Source of the DNA: Amoebidium appalachense
Taxonomy: Eukaryota; Protista; Ichthyosporea
Direction: 5' to 3'
DNA: 64,000 bases
Assembly (NCBI GenBank): GCA_963693365.1
Contig: CAVNZM010000017.1
Location: forward strand, 1,279,989 to 1,343,988
The stretch's first letter is position 1, and each line of letters opens with the position of its first letter. The notes under the pieces are model-generated. The model did no database searches and was not told the origin of the DNA. It was given only the letters and a program-made list of their open reading frames with translations. Shown here one piece after another: positions 1 to 22,115 of this stretch. The position numbers and the translations under genes are program-made.

Positions 1-9412
<9,412 letters not shown>

Positions 9413-10984
9413 ATTTCGCTATCCAATCCAAAACTAAGTTTTTGACATTTATATATATACTAAGTTAGAAAGTGTGGGCAAGCAAGCAAGCGTGAACTCG
9501 AGCAGTGAAACGACGCACAAAGGTCCGCGAAAAACCAGGTCCAAAAGTGCGAGTTTATGGTATATGGTGAATAATGGTGATAGACCCAAAGTTTCAGGCC
9601 TCAGTGCAATGGAAATGGTTGCACCACCCATCACCTGGCTACGGAAAAAAACATGGCTATGAATGTATATAAATCTCCCGCATTCCCATTTTTTCCCCAA
9701 CACCGTACGCGTGGGGGCCGGTCACCGGCCATGCTGTCATGAATTTTGCTGTCATGGTGCCCCAAAAATTCAGTGACGTCACCCGCTGTCTGCGCGCACC
9801 GCCTGCACGGTTCAGGCTCAAGCACTCCCCGCCTAAGTCAAGCGGAAGCCTTCTTGGTTTGGTGAAGGGCCTGTCTAGCTTCCCACGACTGAGGAGGTGT
9901 GAGTTTGGACCTTTTTCGCTGCAGAACACCATCTACATAAACACAGTAACTTCACAGAGTTGGTTCAAAACACAACTTGTAGCAGTTCACAAGGCATCTG
10001 ACTCAATGATTCAGTGCAGCACGGTGAAACTCGCGAGGTTCTCAGGCTCTCGGCACACTATGCACTATTGGCCATGGCGCCGCGCTTAGCCTAGTGGTGC
10101 GCCTATCATAGCAGGCCCAGCGAGGGCAAAGCCTCTTCGGCGCATTCAAAAACGCTAGAAGGATGGGTTTGTCTGGAACTCCAGAAAAACCCTACAGTAA
10201 TCATGCCGTCACAGTGTGCCTGGCACTCAGTCTGCACACGCACGGGGCGCTTATAGTCAACGAAGGTTTGCAGCCATGTCGATAGCTGCACAAATGTATT
10301 CATTTTGAAGGAATCGTCAAACTTCGACCACGGTGCCCGTACCTGCGTAGGCTAAGAGGATGGTCCTCGGCGTGCTCTCCGGGTCAGAGCCCAAGCGCAC
10401 ATGCAAGTGTACACTAGTGTTACTCCCCAATTTCAATAATTGCCCGGCCAGCGCACGGCGCTGCCGGCTGATTATACTATAGGTGTGTAGGCTACCTGTC
10501 TGGGGTGTTACTGTGTGTCAAAATGATGCAGGATGTGTTGCACCTGTGTGTGCGTGCGGCCGGGTGCTGGGGTGCACGAGTTGAACAGACTGAGTCTGCA
10601 GCATTTCCCCCCCCCCCTTTTTTGCAGTGTGCCACGTGTGGGTCGCCGTGTGGTACATGTGCCAAGGTGACTTATTTTTTATAGTTCACAAAGTGATGCC
10701 CAATGTGATGTTATTTTAGTCACCATAAACGGCCCCCGTTGCGCAGCCTGCGGCAAACTGAATCACGCCGTAGCCTCAGCAGTGCCACCCGGACGTCACC
10801 GTGGCAGCCCAGGTGTCCTGAGTGTACGCCTTGAAGGTTCGCTAGTAACTATTAAGTATCATCCGACTGTCTTGGAAAGCTGTAGGCACGCCCGGGGCTG
10901 GCCAGGCCCGGCCCTGCTGGCAGGGGGGGAAGGGGCGGGGGGAGGCGCCGGGTGGGGAGGGAGGTGGGGAGGTGGGGGGGGGGG

Positions 10985-11015
<31 letters not shown>

Positions 11016-11758
11016 CGGGGGGAGGGGACTGAGAGGGCGTCAGCAGCGTAGGTCAGGAGACAAGGACTGGAGCCGACAAACTTCACGCAGGTATCCTATT
11101 TATTTAGGGTAGCACTGTAAAGCAGGTAAGTTTTTGAACTGGTGCACTACGTGAGCGTGTCGCTGGCCCCGTTCATTGCCATACCTCGCAACTCAGTCAA
11201 AATCTATCACAATTTGCAGTAAGACAAAAGCGACCACCGTGTGACTAACAAAAAGGGTAGTATGTAGGACTTTGCAACAAGAGCTGAGCCTGAGAGTCCT
11301 GACTGCGGCCGCCCCGCACCCCCGGCTCGTGCCGGAGCGCTCTCCGAGTTCGAGAAGGCACGCCGTCAGGGCACGGCCATCGCACCGTGGCCCACTGGCC
11401 CGCGGGCGCCCACACAGTGCGGCACACAGCACCCTAGAGCCAAACGAGATCTTACAGGTGATCCATTTTGGCTTAAAGAATTTATAGATGAATACCACAA
11501 ATCTCAGCGGCCTATCTCGAATACGCCTCTTGAAGTAGTATTCAAACAGGAGCACGTTTTTAGCCTCTATATCTAATTTTTTTTAATTATGAGTATTGTA
11601 TAGCTTGTTTCTTCTCTCTTACCATAATGCGCAGTGATTTATCACCATCATCATCATGATACAACTTACAAAAACTACAATATCGAATTTTGCAGAATTC
11701 GGCGTAAATTTGGATTCACCCTAATTACTGCACTCTAGGGGAAGCGTTCACATGTCGA

Positions 11759-11793
11759 TGACGTCACGTTTCTGTTTGTTTGTGTCACGTGAC
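11759..11793. promoter_or_regulatory. Adjacent palindromic CRE (TGACGTCA) and CLEAR-type E-box (GTCACGTGAC)
   Basis: Exact motifs at 11759-11766 and 11784-11793 in the divergent intergenic region between the MNK and VIT1 genes. Function is not demonstrated. Confidence 0.3.
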
Positions 11794-13120
11794 TCCCACC
11801 CCTGCCTCGGTTCAGTTCAGGCTTGGACCGTCGGAGAATCACGACCATCGCCGCACCCAAGAGGCACTGAGACCCATTCATTGTCCGTGCGTGCGCCTGT
11901 GCGTATGTATGTGCGTGACTCAGAGATCACCCACGGCCCAGCACACAAACATGTTTAAGGGCTTCAGTGTATATGTACATGTTTGCATACATGCATAAGT
12001 AAACTTTGTACAAGTATTATGCTAAATATTTTCCCACAAGCATTGCCAAAGGCCGAAAGTCGAATTCAGGATCGCCCTTGGCCCAGTTGACGCGTCACTG
12101 AGCAGGCAGGCTGTCACCGAGATTCCTCCTAAAAATAGCAGCAAAGAAAATCTCCCTGTACTCTAAGGGCACGACAGCATGACTCCTTTTTGAGAATTTT
12201 AAGAAAACTCAACATTTAATGGTCCTTTATTGGCTTTTCTTCCTTCGAGTTGGTGTATCCAGTGGTTTAACGCTATTTAACTACAGTACAGAAATATATT
12301 TAATTCACTTCAACCTCCTATGATAAAACCTCTAAGTGAGTTAATACCTACTTTGGTAAATGTGTTGATAATGCTACACTTATTTTCGGGTAATTCTCCA
12401 CAGATATATTCTATTGTCTACTCTATTGCATGATAATCCACATGATTTTTCGCAAATCTAAGAAACATTTAGCTAATGAGCTCTAAGGGGACGAATATAT
12501 AAATGAGATACCCATCTGTAATCTTGCAAAAAAAAAAAAAAACGGGGAACCCCAACTAATTGATTCCTCCTTGTAGTCTTTATGGTGTCTCGTAGAGAAA
12601 GTAAACCCTGATATATAGTCACCACCCGACATCTATGTACGTGATCATGATATACCGCTGAGGGGATATTCCGAGCAAAACCCCCCCCCATACCTGAGAC
12701 TGGTTCTCTTTGCCTCGAGTAAACAGCGTAAACCCCCTTGCAGTTTCCACTTCACGTTCACTCTTTTCTCTGTGTACCCTCTCCCTTGTATAAGTGCTGT
12801 TTGTGTGTCAACGGCAGTGCCCGTTACCACATCACACTCACGACGGTCTGGTGTATACTTGGAACTTGAGTTATCTTTCAACACAATCAGCTCTCACAAC
12901 GTTTTGAGCATGCGTTCAGTGTGCTGAATTCGCGATTGTCGCAGCTAGCTATGTTTAATTCCTTTTGGGAGCAAGATCTCGTGTTTCCAGGAAACTCTCT
13001 AATTTCACGTCTTGAAAAAGATTTGGAACGAAGGCCAATCCATATTATTAACATCAACGTAAACTAAAATGTCCAACACGAACGAAAAGATGGCAGCCAA
13101 CCTGACTGAAGTTGGTCTGC

Positions 13121-15001
13121 ATGAGCTTGCCCCCGCACGGCACTCATGACTGCACGAAAGAAACGAACGAAGAACAAACGTCCACTGTCGTTACAGTGAA
13201 AAACGAGAATGACACGTCGTCGAAATCTGACAGCCTTCCCATGCCTTACTGCGAGTTCTCACTTGAAGAAGCCGAGAGGTTCAAGGACCAACCCTATGGA
13301 CATCGTCACATGTCCCACCGTTCTCCTTGGCTTCGTGCTTGTGTTCTGGGCGCAAATGATGGGCTGGTTTCTGTTGCTTGTCTGCTTCTGGGCACAGCCG
13401 CATCAGACAATGTTCCTCACAGCACGGCCGTTCTTTCCGGTATTGCCGGTTTGGTTGCCGGAGCTCTCTCTATGGCTCTGGGAGAGTATGTGAGTGTTGC
13501 CTCGCAGAGAGATGCGGAGAAAGCTGACATCAAGAAGGAGAGACTGGAGCAGACGAAGGGTCTGGAGGCGCAGAAGAGAGAGTTCTATGAGCTGGTGGAC
13601 ATATACGTCGAGAAGGGCGTGAGTGTGGAGCTGGCTTTCAAGGTGTGTTGGCTCTCTTCACTGTGTGTTTGGCAGATGCAAAGTTTTTGTCTTGCTACCC
13701 CCCACCCACTCGCCCACCCCTTCTCCTTAGTTTTCTTACAATGGCGTCCAGCCACGCCTCTTGGTAGCCCTTCAAACTTTCTCTATCTTCCCAACGATGC
13801 TGCCCTCTGGATTGAAGGATTTCCTGCTTGTCTGTGTGACCCAGCTGCATATGGTATTGCCCTGTCCATACACACACATGCGCGTGCACCGGGGTGTACA
13901 CCAAACAAACAGTGACACATCATTAATATTTTTTAATTACACACACAACACACATCTACCACACCGTACATACAGGTTGCGCTGGAGCTCTCGACCAAGC
14001 GTGATGTTGTCTTGGTGCATGCACGGGAGGAGCTGGGCATTGACCCAGACGAACTGTCCAGCCCCATCCAGGCCAGTGTCGTCTCGGTAGGTGGATAAAG
14101 CCTCTCTTTAATTTTTTAAGACTCGGTACATGCGAATCGTACTTTTCAATTTTCTGGTAATTACTTGATGGCAAACTTGTTGGTGTGGCAGTGCACCTGT
14201 CGATCGAGTGAGATGGGGTGTCTCGGTTCTACGGACTGGATGTGTGTTTGCACCGTGTTATGCCGGAAGGAGGCAGGATGCCCCTACGGGTGGGTTACTC
14301 AGTAGGAAACTTGTTTTGTGGCATAGAATTTATCGGCGAAACCAGTGCTCATGGTTTCTGCTGAAGTTACTGGGTATTTCAAAACAGTTGTGAGTTCAAA
14401 AATGATGTACTATTCACGTGAGATAAATGCAGCCTAACTGACCCTCTCCTCACTCCAGGCCATCTCCTTCTCCATTGGTGCCGGGCTGCCCCTTCTCTCC
14501 GGTGCGTGGATCTACGATCGCACGACCATGTTGGTGGTGATCACCGTCGTGTCCATGGTTGGCCTCTTCATCATGGGCGTTGTGGGTGCCTATCTTGGCG
14601 GCGCTACCACGTGGAAGGGTGCGTATTTTCTAACTTCAATTGCTCCCAAGTTATAAATAGTATGGTGGTGCGTGTGAAAAGCTAGAAACCTTCCCCTCTC
14701 GGACCCCCAATTGTCTCCGAATCCCCTCCACCTCACCCTTCCCCTCCCCCCAACCCCCATAGCACCCCACCCCACCCCACCCTGTCGTGAGGATGATGTC
14801 TGCTTATGTCACAATCTGCCATGTGTTGTCCGTCGTGAACGTGTACTTCATACCCCGTATGCATTCTAACCCCCCCCTCCCCCCCCCCCCCCCCCCCCCC
14901 CCTCCGCCCTTGCAGGTGGTGTGCGTGTGCTGGTGGGCGGTACGGCTGCGATGGGCATCACCTTCGGCATCGGCTATGCCATGGGCGGCGTCATGGCTTG
15001 A
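13121..15001 (+). CDS. VIT1/CCC1-family vacuolar Fe/Mn transporter, 4 exons
   Basis: Exons 13121-13642, 13976-14086, 14459-14618, 14916-15001 (TGA), GT-AG and phase-consistent. Family motifs WLRACVLGANDGLVS, AGALSMALGEYVSVASQRDAE, HAREELGIDPDELSSPIQAS, FSIGAGLPLL and C-terminal TM helices. The true start may be ATG 13069 if the C5 run at 13130-13134 has an indel. Confidence 0.92.
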
Positions 15002-15661
15002 AGGGAACTTGAAGTCGCTAGCACCAAAACACACCTTGGCGTGTGGGGAAAACACTGTTTGGCTGTCCTGTCCTGTCTCGTTGTAACTTGACCACAGCTT
15101 GAAACGCTGATTAATTATTAATAGGCTTGCAGCTTGCAGAAGAACACAGAGCGTATGTTTGGATATTGCATCATATTTAGAGCCATGTAGATTTTTGTGT
15201 TCAGATGTTTGTAGATTTTTCCCCTTTAAGCTGAACGAGCACACTCTAAGCTTAGGATCTGGTGTAGGTATTGTATGCAACACAGTCCCCTTGGCCGGCC
15301 TAGTGTATTTGATTTATTTTTAGGTTTCCCTTTTACGGTAAGGTCCGTTGAATCATTGTACTGTCGCTGACGTTCATGAAAATCTGTACACGTAGCTGTC
15401 TTTTTCTGAATAATAAATTCACCCCGCCAGCGCCCTGGATCATTTATCTGCACGGAAGACTTACACGTAATGCTGTGATTTATATATTGCCCTACTGTGC
15501 CTCCACCCCCACTCTCTGACACTTGAGACGACGAGAGCGTGCGCACTTGCACCCGCACATACACAACACGTACACACAAGCACGCACGCAATAATCTGGC
15601 GCTGTACACAAGGCCGCTTGATCTCTCCTTGGCTGTACACTGCCGGTCACTCGTGTGCCCC

Positions 15662-15706
<45 letters not shown>

Positions 15707-16658
15707 GCAGGAGGCCCGGAGGAGGAGGGAGAAACGGAACGGTTGGACTACTCAGTCGATTATTACAGTTTGAAGTTGTTTTGGTACCACTACAAGAAGG
15801 TGTGTGTGCGTGTGTGTGTGTAAGAGATTCAGCATTTGAGCTGACACCGGTAAGGATTCGTAAAGAATAACGGTGAAACTTCGCAAAAAAAAAAAAAAAA
15901 AAAAAGGAAGAACGAGAAAAGAACGGTAGCAGAGCCGGAGAGGGGGGAGCTCGAGAGACGACTCAATTCGGAGTCGACGTCCTCAGAGGAGGCTGATAAG
16001 TTATCGCCGCCCAGGTTGCGCAAACAGGTGGGAGGCACGTTCTGATTGGTCGCGTTTTATTGCCAATGCTTAGAATATGGTTGGTGATCAGGGTGTGCAA
16101 TACCTCATATGTGGGCAATACTGTACGTACGTGCATGCATGTACATGGCCAAACGCAAACTTACAATGACACGACGCAACGCACACGTTCACTTCTTACA
16201 AAGTTTATGTAGCTATAAATCCCCTATAGCTTATGTATTGTAAAGTAGTTGATTGTTTTACCTACTCTGTTGCTCTCTCCGGGAATTGTGAGTTCAGCAA
16301 ATATATGCCGGTTGACGGGCCCAAAAGTTCGAGAGTTCGAACCCTGAGGCTTGCTTTGACGGCCGAACAGAAAACGGTGCAGTGCGAGACGTCGACAGAA
16401 AACACCTATCATGCCAGGTCAAGCCCATATTGGAGTTGGATTTTGTGGTTGCACAGCTGGACATACTGATGACATACGCATACTAATGCTCTGCAGCATA
16501 TGACGTAAACCTGCACAATCACACTCTCAGCGCAATTTCGTGGCCAACCCCTACAAGCTTCAGGGATCTTCGCATCTGCGTTGAAGTTAGGAAACAACAA
16601 AAGTTAGTGGCAGCTCTCCATTTAGCAACACACTTCTGCGTGTATTTAGTGGACCCCC

Positions 16659-17917
16659 ATGGCCGTGCCTTCTATATTTGGCAACAAAAGCCACCACACT
16701 CAAAGCCACTGCAACCGCTCATCCCCTTGGAGGGGCGCTGGCAGCATGACGTCATCACGCCTGTGCAAGTACGGCTATTTTAGGCTGTTTACACTTGGAT
16801 TGGTGGCAGTTCTCTTTTCAGCCACATACTTGTGTTTCAAGGGTGTAATTTCGGGGGGATTTTTGGAGGTTATGGAGGGTCGTAGGAAGGGGGATCTTTC
16901 TAGGGAAACATCCCTGCCATCGGTCATTCCTTCGCCAGTGCAGGTGGTGATGGATTCTTCCGGAACGTTTGTGTTGAACCATGAGACGGTCATTCTCTAT
17001 CTGAAGGAAGATGAAAAGGCAGCGAAAGAGGCTTTGAACCTAGCAACGAGCCTACGTGAATTTACGAGACTAGAGATGAAAGTGCAAATTCTTACTGATG
17101 CACGACAAAAATCACCACCAAACTCCATCATCGTGAAGTTGCAGGATGGGAAGGCGGATCTTGGGGAGGAGGGATATGAAATGGAGATAACCTCACGACA
17201 TGTGGTCATATCAGCGCCAAAACGCGCTGGGATATTCTATGCCACACAAACCATACTCATGCTTCTACCCACACTGAGATATGATAAAAATACAACATGG
17301 TATATCCCGTGCGGTGTGGTGTGGGATAAACCCCGTTTTTCGTGGCGCGGGGTTTTACTGGATGTGGCGCGACATTTTTTCGACGTTTCTACCATCAAGA
17401 GAATTATTGACGTTATGTCTCTTCATAAACTCAATAGGTTGCACCTTCACCTAACAGACGACCAAGGGTGGCGGTTTGAAGTGAAAAAATATCCCGAACT
17501 TACGAGGAGGGGGGCTTATCGTCCGGAAACCAACGGTGATCATACTCCACATTGGGGGTTTCTTACGCAGGATGACTGTAGGGAAATTGTGAGATATGCA
17601 GCAGAGAGGAATGTTATGGTTATCCCGGAGATAGATATGCCCGGACACGCTACGGCTGCACTTGCTGCGTATCCGCAATTTGGAAATTTTCCAGACAGAA
17701 AGATCGAGGTGGGTGGGATATGCTGGGAATATATATTTGGCAGTCTGATAGTAGGTCACTTTGGGGAAGGAAAGGGAGTTTCTTTTATTGCGGGGGGGGG
17801 GGGGGGGGGGGGGGGAAGTGTTTGAAGGAAGATGAGTGTATGGTTGTATGTCTTACAGAATGTGTATGGTGTGGAGAAGGTTGTGTGGGTCTGCGTCTTG
17901 GTGGGAGAAGGAGGGAA

Positions 17918-17949
<32 letters not shown>

Positions 17950-19024
17950 GTGTTTGAAAATGGGTGTATGGTTGTATGTCTTACAGTATGTGTATGGTGT
18001 GGACTCCGGGAGGGTTGTGTGGGTCTGCGTCTTGGTGAGAGAAGGAGGGGGGAGGGGGGAGGGAGGTGAATGTGCTCTTTTCTTTTTTTTTTTTTTTTTT
18101 TTTTTGGAGGGAGGGGGGGGGGGGGGGGGGGGGAGGTGTATTGGAGGAGGGGGGGGAGGGGGGGGGGAGGTGTATGTGTAAGTGTGTCTTTTTGGGAAGG
18201 TCTATTGCGACTTTTGTGTCCTTTTCCCTCGAAATTTACGAAAACTTCACGTGTCCCTCCAGGTGAGCACTCGGTGGGGTATCCTTAAGTCGACCTTTTC
18301 CGTTACCGAAGCCACATTCGGGTTCCTCGAAGATATCCTAGGTGAATTGATCGAGGTTTTCCCGTCACCGTATGTACACTTGGGAGGGGACGAATGTCTG
18401 AAAAATGAATGGCAAGGAAGCGCGGCCGCGCAAGCAAAGATGAAGGAAGTCGGGGTTGAGAATTTCGAAGAACTTCAGGCGTATTTCATGAACAGAATGG
18501 CGGGGTTTTTGAAAAGACGCAACAGGACAATTATTGGTTGGGACGAAATTATGGAGGGAGGTGCACCCCAGGGTTCGATAATTTCCGCGTGGAGAGGGCA
18601 TGAATTTGGTGTCGGGGCGGCGAACAAGGGGTTGCCCGTGATTATCACACCTAAACAGAAATTGTATTTCGACTATCCACAAGCAGATATATCCAAGTAC
18701 GACGAATTCCGTTCCCCACCCAAAAAACAGATAACTACCCTCCAGGATGTATATGAATTTGAGCCTATCCACAAGAATATCGAAATTGCGAACATCCAAA
18801 ATGTTTTGGGTGTCCAGGGCTCATTATGGAGTGAATATATTCCGACACGTAGACATTTGGAATATATGGCATATCCACGTCTATTTGCGCTCGCGGAAAT
18901 TGCTTGGAGCCCCAAAGCGCGTAGGGACTATTCCGATTTTATTCGGCGGTTGGATAGACACTATGATAGGTTGGATGTGGTGGGTGTGAACTATCGCCGG
19001 CATGATAAGCCTCCGAGGTATTGA
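16659..19024 (+). CDS. GH20 beta-N-acetylhexosaminidase (GH20b + catalytic domain) with N-terminal membrane anchor, 2 exons
   Basis: Exons 16659-17708 and 18263-19024 (GTGGGT...CAG, phase 0, joining KIE/VSTRWGI). Motifs DKPRFSWRGVLLDVARHFF, HLHLTDDQGWR, IPEIDMPGH, catalytic HLGGDE, YFDYPQ, GVQGSLWSEYI, YPRLFALAEIAWS. Hydrophobic segment LFTLGLVAVLFSATYLCF near the N-terminus. Alternative start at 16746. Confidence 0.93.
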
Positions 19025-19881
19025 TAGAATGGGTGGGTTGTTGTGTCTGTGCCGGTTTTTTTTTTTTTTTTTTTTTTTTTTTGTTGTTGTTGTTGTTGTT
19101 GTTTTTCCCCTGTTATATTGTTTGAGGGGAGGGGGGGTCTATTCTGGTTGGACCGATAGTAGCACTTGGTCTTTTTCAATATTTTTAGTCCACGGTGGCT
19201 TTCTTCCTCATTTGCACGCATGCATTGCCCTGGTTCGTTCATCACAAATATTGCTGCTTTTTCAGTAATTTTGCACACACATTGCTCCTTTTGCGATCAA
19301 AAAAGATGTTTTGTGATTCGTGCCGTGGGCTAAATTCCCTCGAGATAGCTGTTCTATCATTTGTATAGATGCATAATTACAATAAGTTCTCAATCGATAT
19401 CGATACTACAACTTGTACAGTTGCGTGTGTAATGTACTGTTGTTATATTTTTTTTTTCTTTTTTTTTTTTCTATTGAAGATACAGTGCACGTGCCCCCGC
19501 GGCATCATTTTAGAGAGCGCACATAGATGTATGATATCGATCTCGACCACATGCATTAAGATGCTAAAAATATACAATATTCTTTGTATGGTTTATGTCA
19601 TTTACTTAGGGCACGGAGACCTGTCTTAGGTATAGGAATTTTTTAAATTTTTGCTCGGTATATCCCCACAGGGTTATATCACTCGTATATAAAGGTTGAG
19701 TGTTGTTTGTGAATTATCTTGTGTGTATGTCCACTGGCTAAACAGTCCAACAGAGCTCTGCAGTTGCCAACCAAGATGTGACGGGACCCCCCCCCCCCCC
19801 CCCCCCCCCCGTGCCCCTCCCTCCCCCTCTCCACCCCTCCCCCCCCCCCCCCCCCCCCCCCCCTTCCCTCCCTCCCCTTCT

Positions 19882-20272
19882 CCATAGGTTAGGGAGTCTG
19901 GGAGCTTTATAGAAGCCCGGCTTTTGCTCTACTTCTCTGCTTGTTTTCTTTGGGTTTCTCTGCTTGCAGTTTTTGTAGACTCTGTTCTCTTAGATTGCTG
20001 CTCCTTGAACAACCCTGCTCGTCTTTGGCCAAGACGGGTGGACTCGCCTATTGCTGTTGAAACAAATTATGGGTTAGGAACCACGCGCGAGAGGTTAAAG
20101 TGTCGAAACCCATGCTTTTGTGGAGGCATAGGAATCCCCCTGATGATGGGCTCTGTTCAAATGTCTTCTGCCTGCACGCTTAATTGTTTTGATTTTGGAT
20201 TTCCCACGTTTGTGGCGTCTTGTTGTTGCTCTTTGTTGTCTCCTCCATATTTCCAACCCTCTGACGCATACA

Positions 20273-20273
<1 letters not shown>
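19882..20273 (+). mobile_element. Divergent copy of the poly(C)-flanked element, core at 20005-20160
   Basis: + strand ACCCTGCTCGTCTTTGGCCAAGACGGGT...GTCGAAACCCAT...CCCTGATGATGGGCTCTG. C tracts on both sides. Its 3' end matches the reverse complement of 50433-50500. Confidence 0.78.
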
Positions 20274-20334
<61 letters not shown>

Positions 20335-20487
20335 ATGCACACACACACACGAACATGCACACACGCACACCTCTTTGTATCACTTCAAATATCATGATGA
20401 CTTCTTGTTCGTTTATCATGTGTAAATCACGCGTTGCGGTAAGAAACTTGGCAAACTTTAAGGAATCGGGTGCACTGTTACACATGT

Positions 20488-20546
<59 letters not shown>

Positions 20547-20587
20547 ACACACCACACACCACACACCACACACCACACACACACACG

Positions 20588-20618
<31 letters not shown>

Positions 20619-21086
20619 ATGTGCACACACAAAAACATATACATCCTCAAATTTATAGAAAAAAGAAGCCTGAAGAACACACACACACACAGACACACAC
20701 GCCTACATGCACGCATGCCCATGTCGATAATCTATAGAACACACACCACAAAGCTTAATATAATAGGTTGCAATTGAAGTGGGAGGACTTCTACTCTTGT
20801 CATATTATCAACCTGAAACTTCAAGCCCACCGCACTATGCGCTGCTTGGACTTTCCCTGCAGCTGTACACATTTAACCCATATACGTGGCATGACAGTTA
20901 CGGAACACGATTCACTGGTAAACGTTAAGTTTGGCAATTATTACTTAATTATTATTACCCTATGCGCGTGCATTTGCTATATAAATGTGTGCTTTGATCG
21001 TTTTACACAACAACCAGACGTCGAATTTATTACTTGCCAGACAATCTACACATCCGGTGTAGCCTAGTACTCGTAGCTACCGGAAA

Positions 21087-21599
21087 TTATCATACCAGTA
21101 TTCTTATTTTTAGTACATTATCATACCAGTATATTTATTTTTAGTACATTATCATATCAGTATTATTATTTTTAGTACATGATCATACCAGTATTCTTAT
21201 TTTTAGTACATTATCATACCAGTATATTTATTTTTAGTACATTATCATACCAGTATATTTATTTTTAGTACATTATCATACCAGTATTATTGTTTTTGGT
21301 ACATCACTATCATACCAGTATATTCATTTTTAGTACATTATCATACCAGTATATTTAATTTTAGTACATTATCATACCAGTATATTTATTTTTAAAACAT
21401 CATAGTATCATACCAGTATATTCATTTTTAGTACATTATCATACCAGTATATTTAATTTTAGTACATTATCATACCAGTATATTTATTTTTAGTACATTA
21501 TCATACCAGTATTATTATTTTTAGTACATTATCATACCAGTATTATTATTTTTAATACATTATCATACCAGTATTAATATTTTTAGTACATTATCATAC
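21087..21599. repeat. AT-rich 31-bp minisatellite, ~16 copies
   Basis: Unit ATTATCATACCAGTAT(A/T)(T/C/A)TTATTTTTAGTAC head-to-tail with no spacers. Confidence 0.92.
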
Positions 21600-22049
21600 T
21601 GTGGGTGCACGTGCTCGTAGCCTGAAAACGGTTCGGGTGCAGTTCTGCTTGCACCACTGCTAGCGCTGGCATGCATATGGGCACCGTGGCATTGCAATTT
21701 TTTATCCCCCCCTCCCCCTGCCCCGAAAAAAAACCCCCCTTACGTATTCACCAAGTATTAAAACATGCACACGATATGTACAACGTATGTATAATAACGT
21801 AGAGTGGCACGTGTGTGCACAACCACCACCACCATCCATATATATGCATATTTCCCCCTCCCGGCGTGGAGCGCTTGTGGGTGCTACGTACAGGTGACGT
21901 CCAATTAATTAAATACCCAAATTTCAAATACTATTAGGTGCAAACACTGGCGACAGCGCTCGATTGGGACCCTGATTCCGTGATAAACCTTGCCAGGGGA
22001 GCTAGGGGGACTAGAGAGGGTTAGAAGATGGGGTGGTGGTGGTGTTTGG

Positions 22050-22115
<66 letters not shown>

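Noticed and set aside
9474-11555. Short ORFs in the MNK-VIT1 intergenic region
   Set aside because: No recognisable domains or consistent splice chain; probably regulatory DNA or decayed repeats.
17815-18045. Direct duplication inside the GH20 intron as a mobile element
   Set aside because: Two ~90-nt local copies separated by a G tract, without TIRs or other copies in the window; treated as a simple tandem duplication.
20095-20150. Canonical hammerhead ribozyme (GAAAC plus CUGAUGA)
   Set aside because: The sequence after CUGANGA does not pair with the sequence before GAAA (no stem II), and no type I/II/III topology is conserved across copies. Kept only as motif resemblance.
21087-21599. 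CRISPR array
   Set aside because: Units are contiguous with no unique spacers, there are no cas genes, and the context is eukaryotic.
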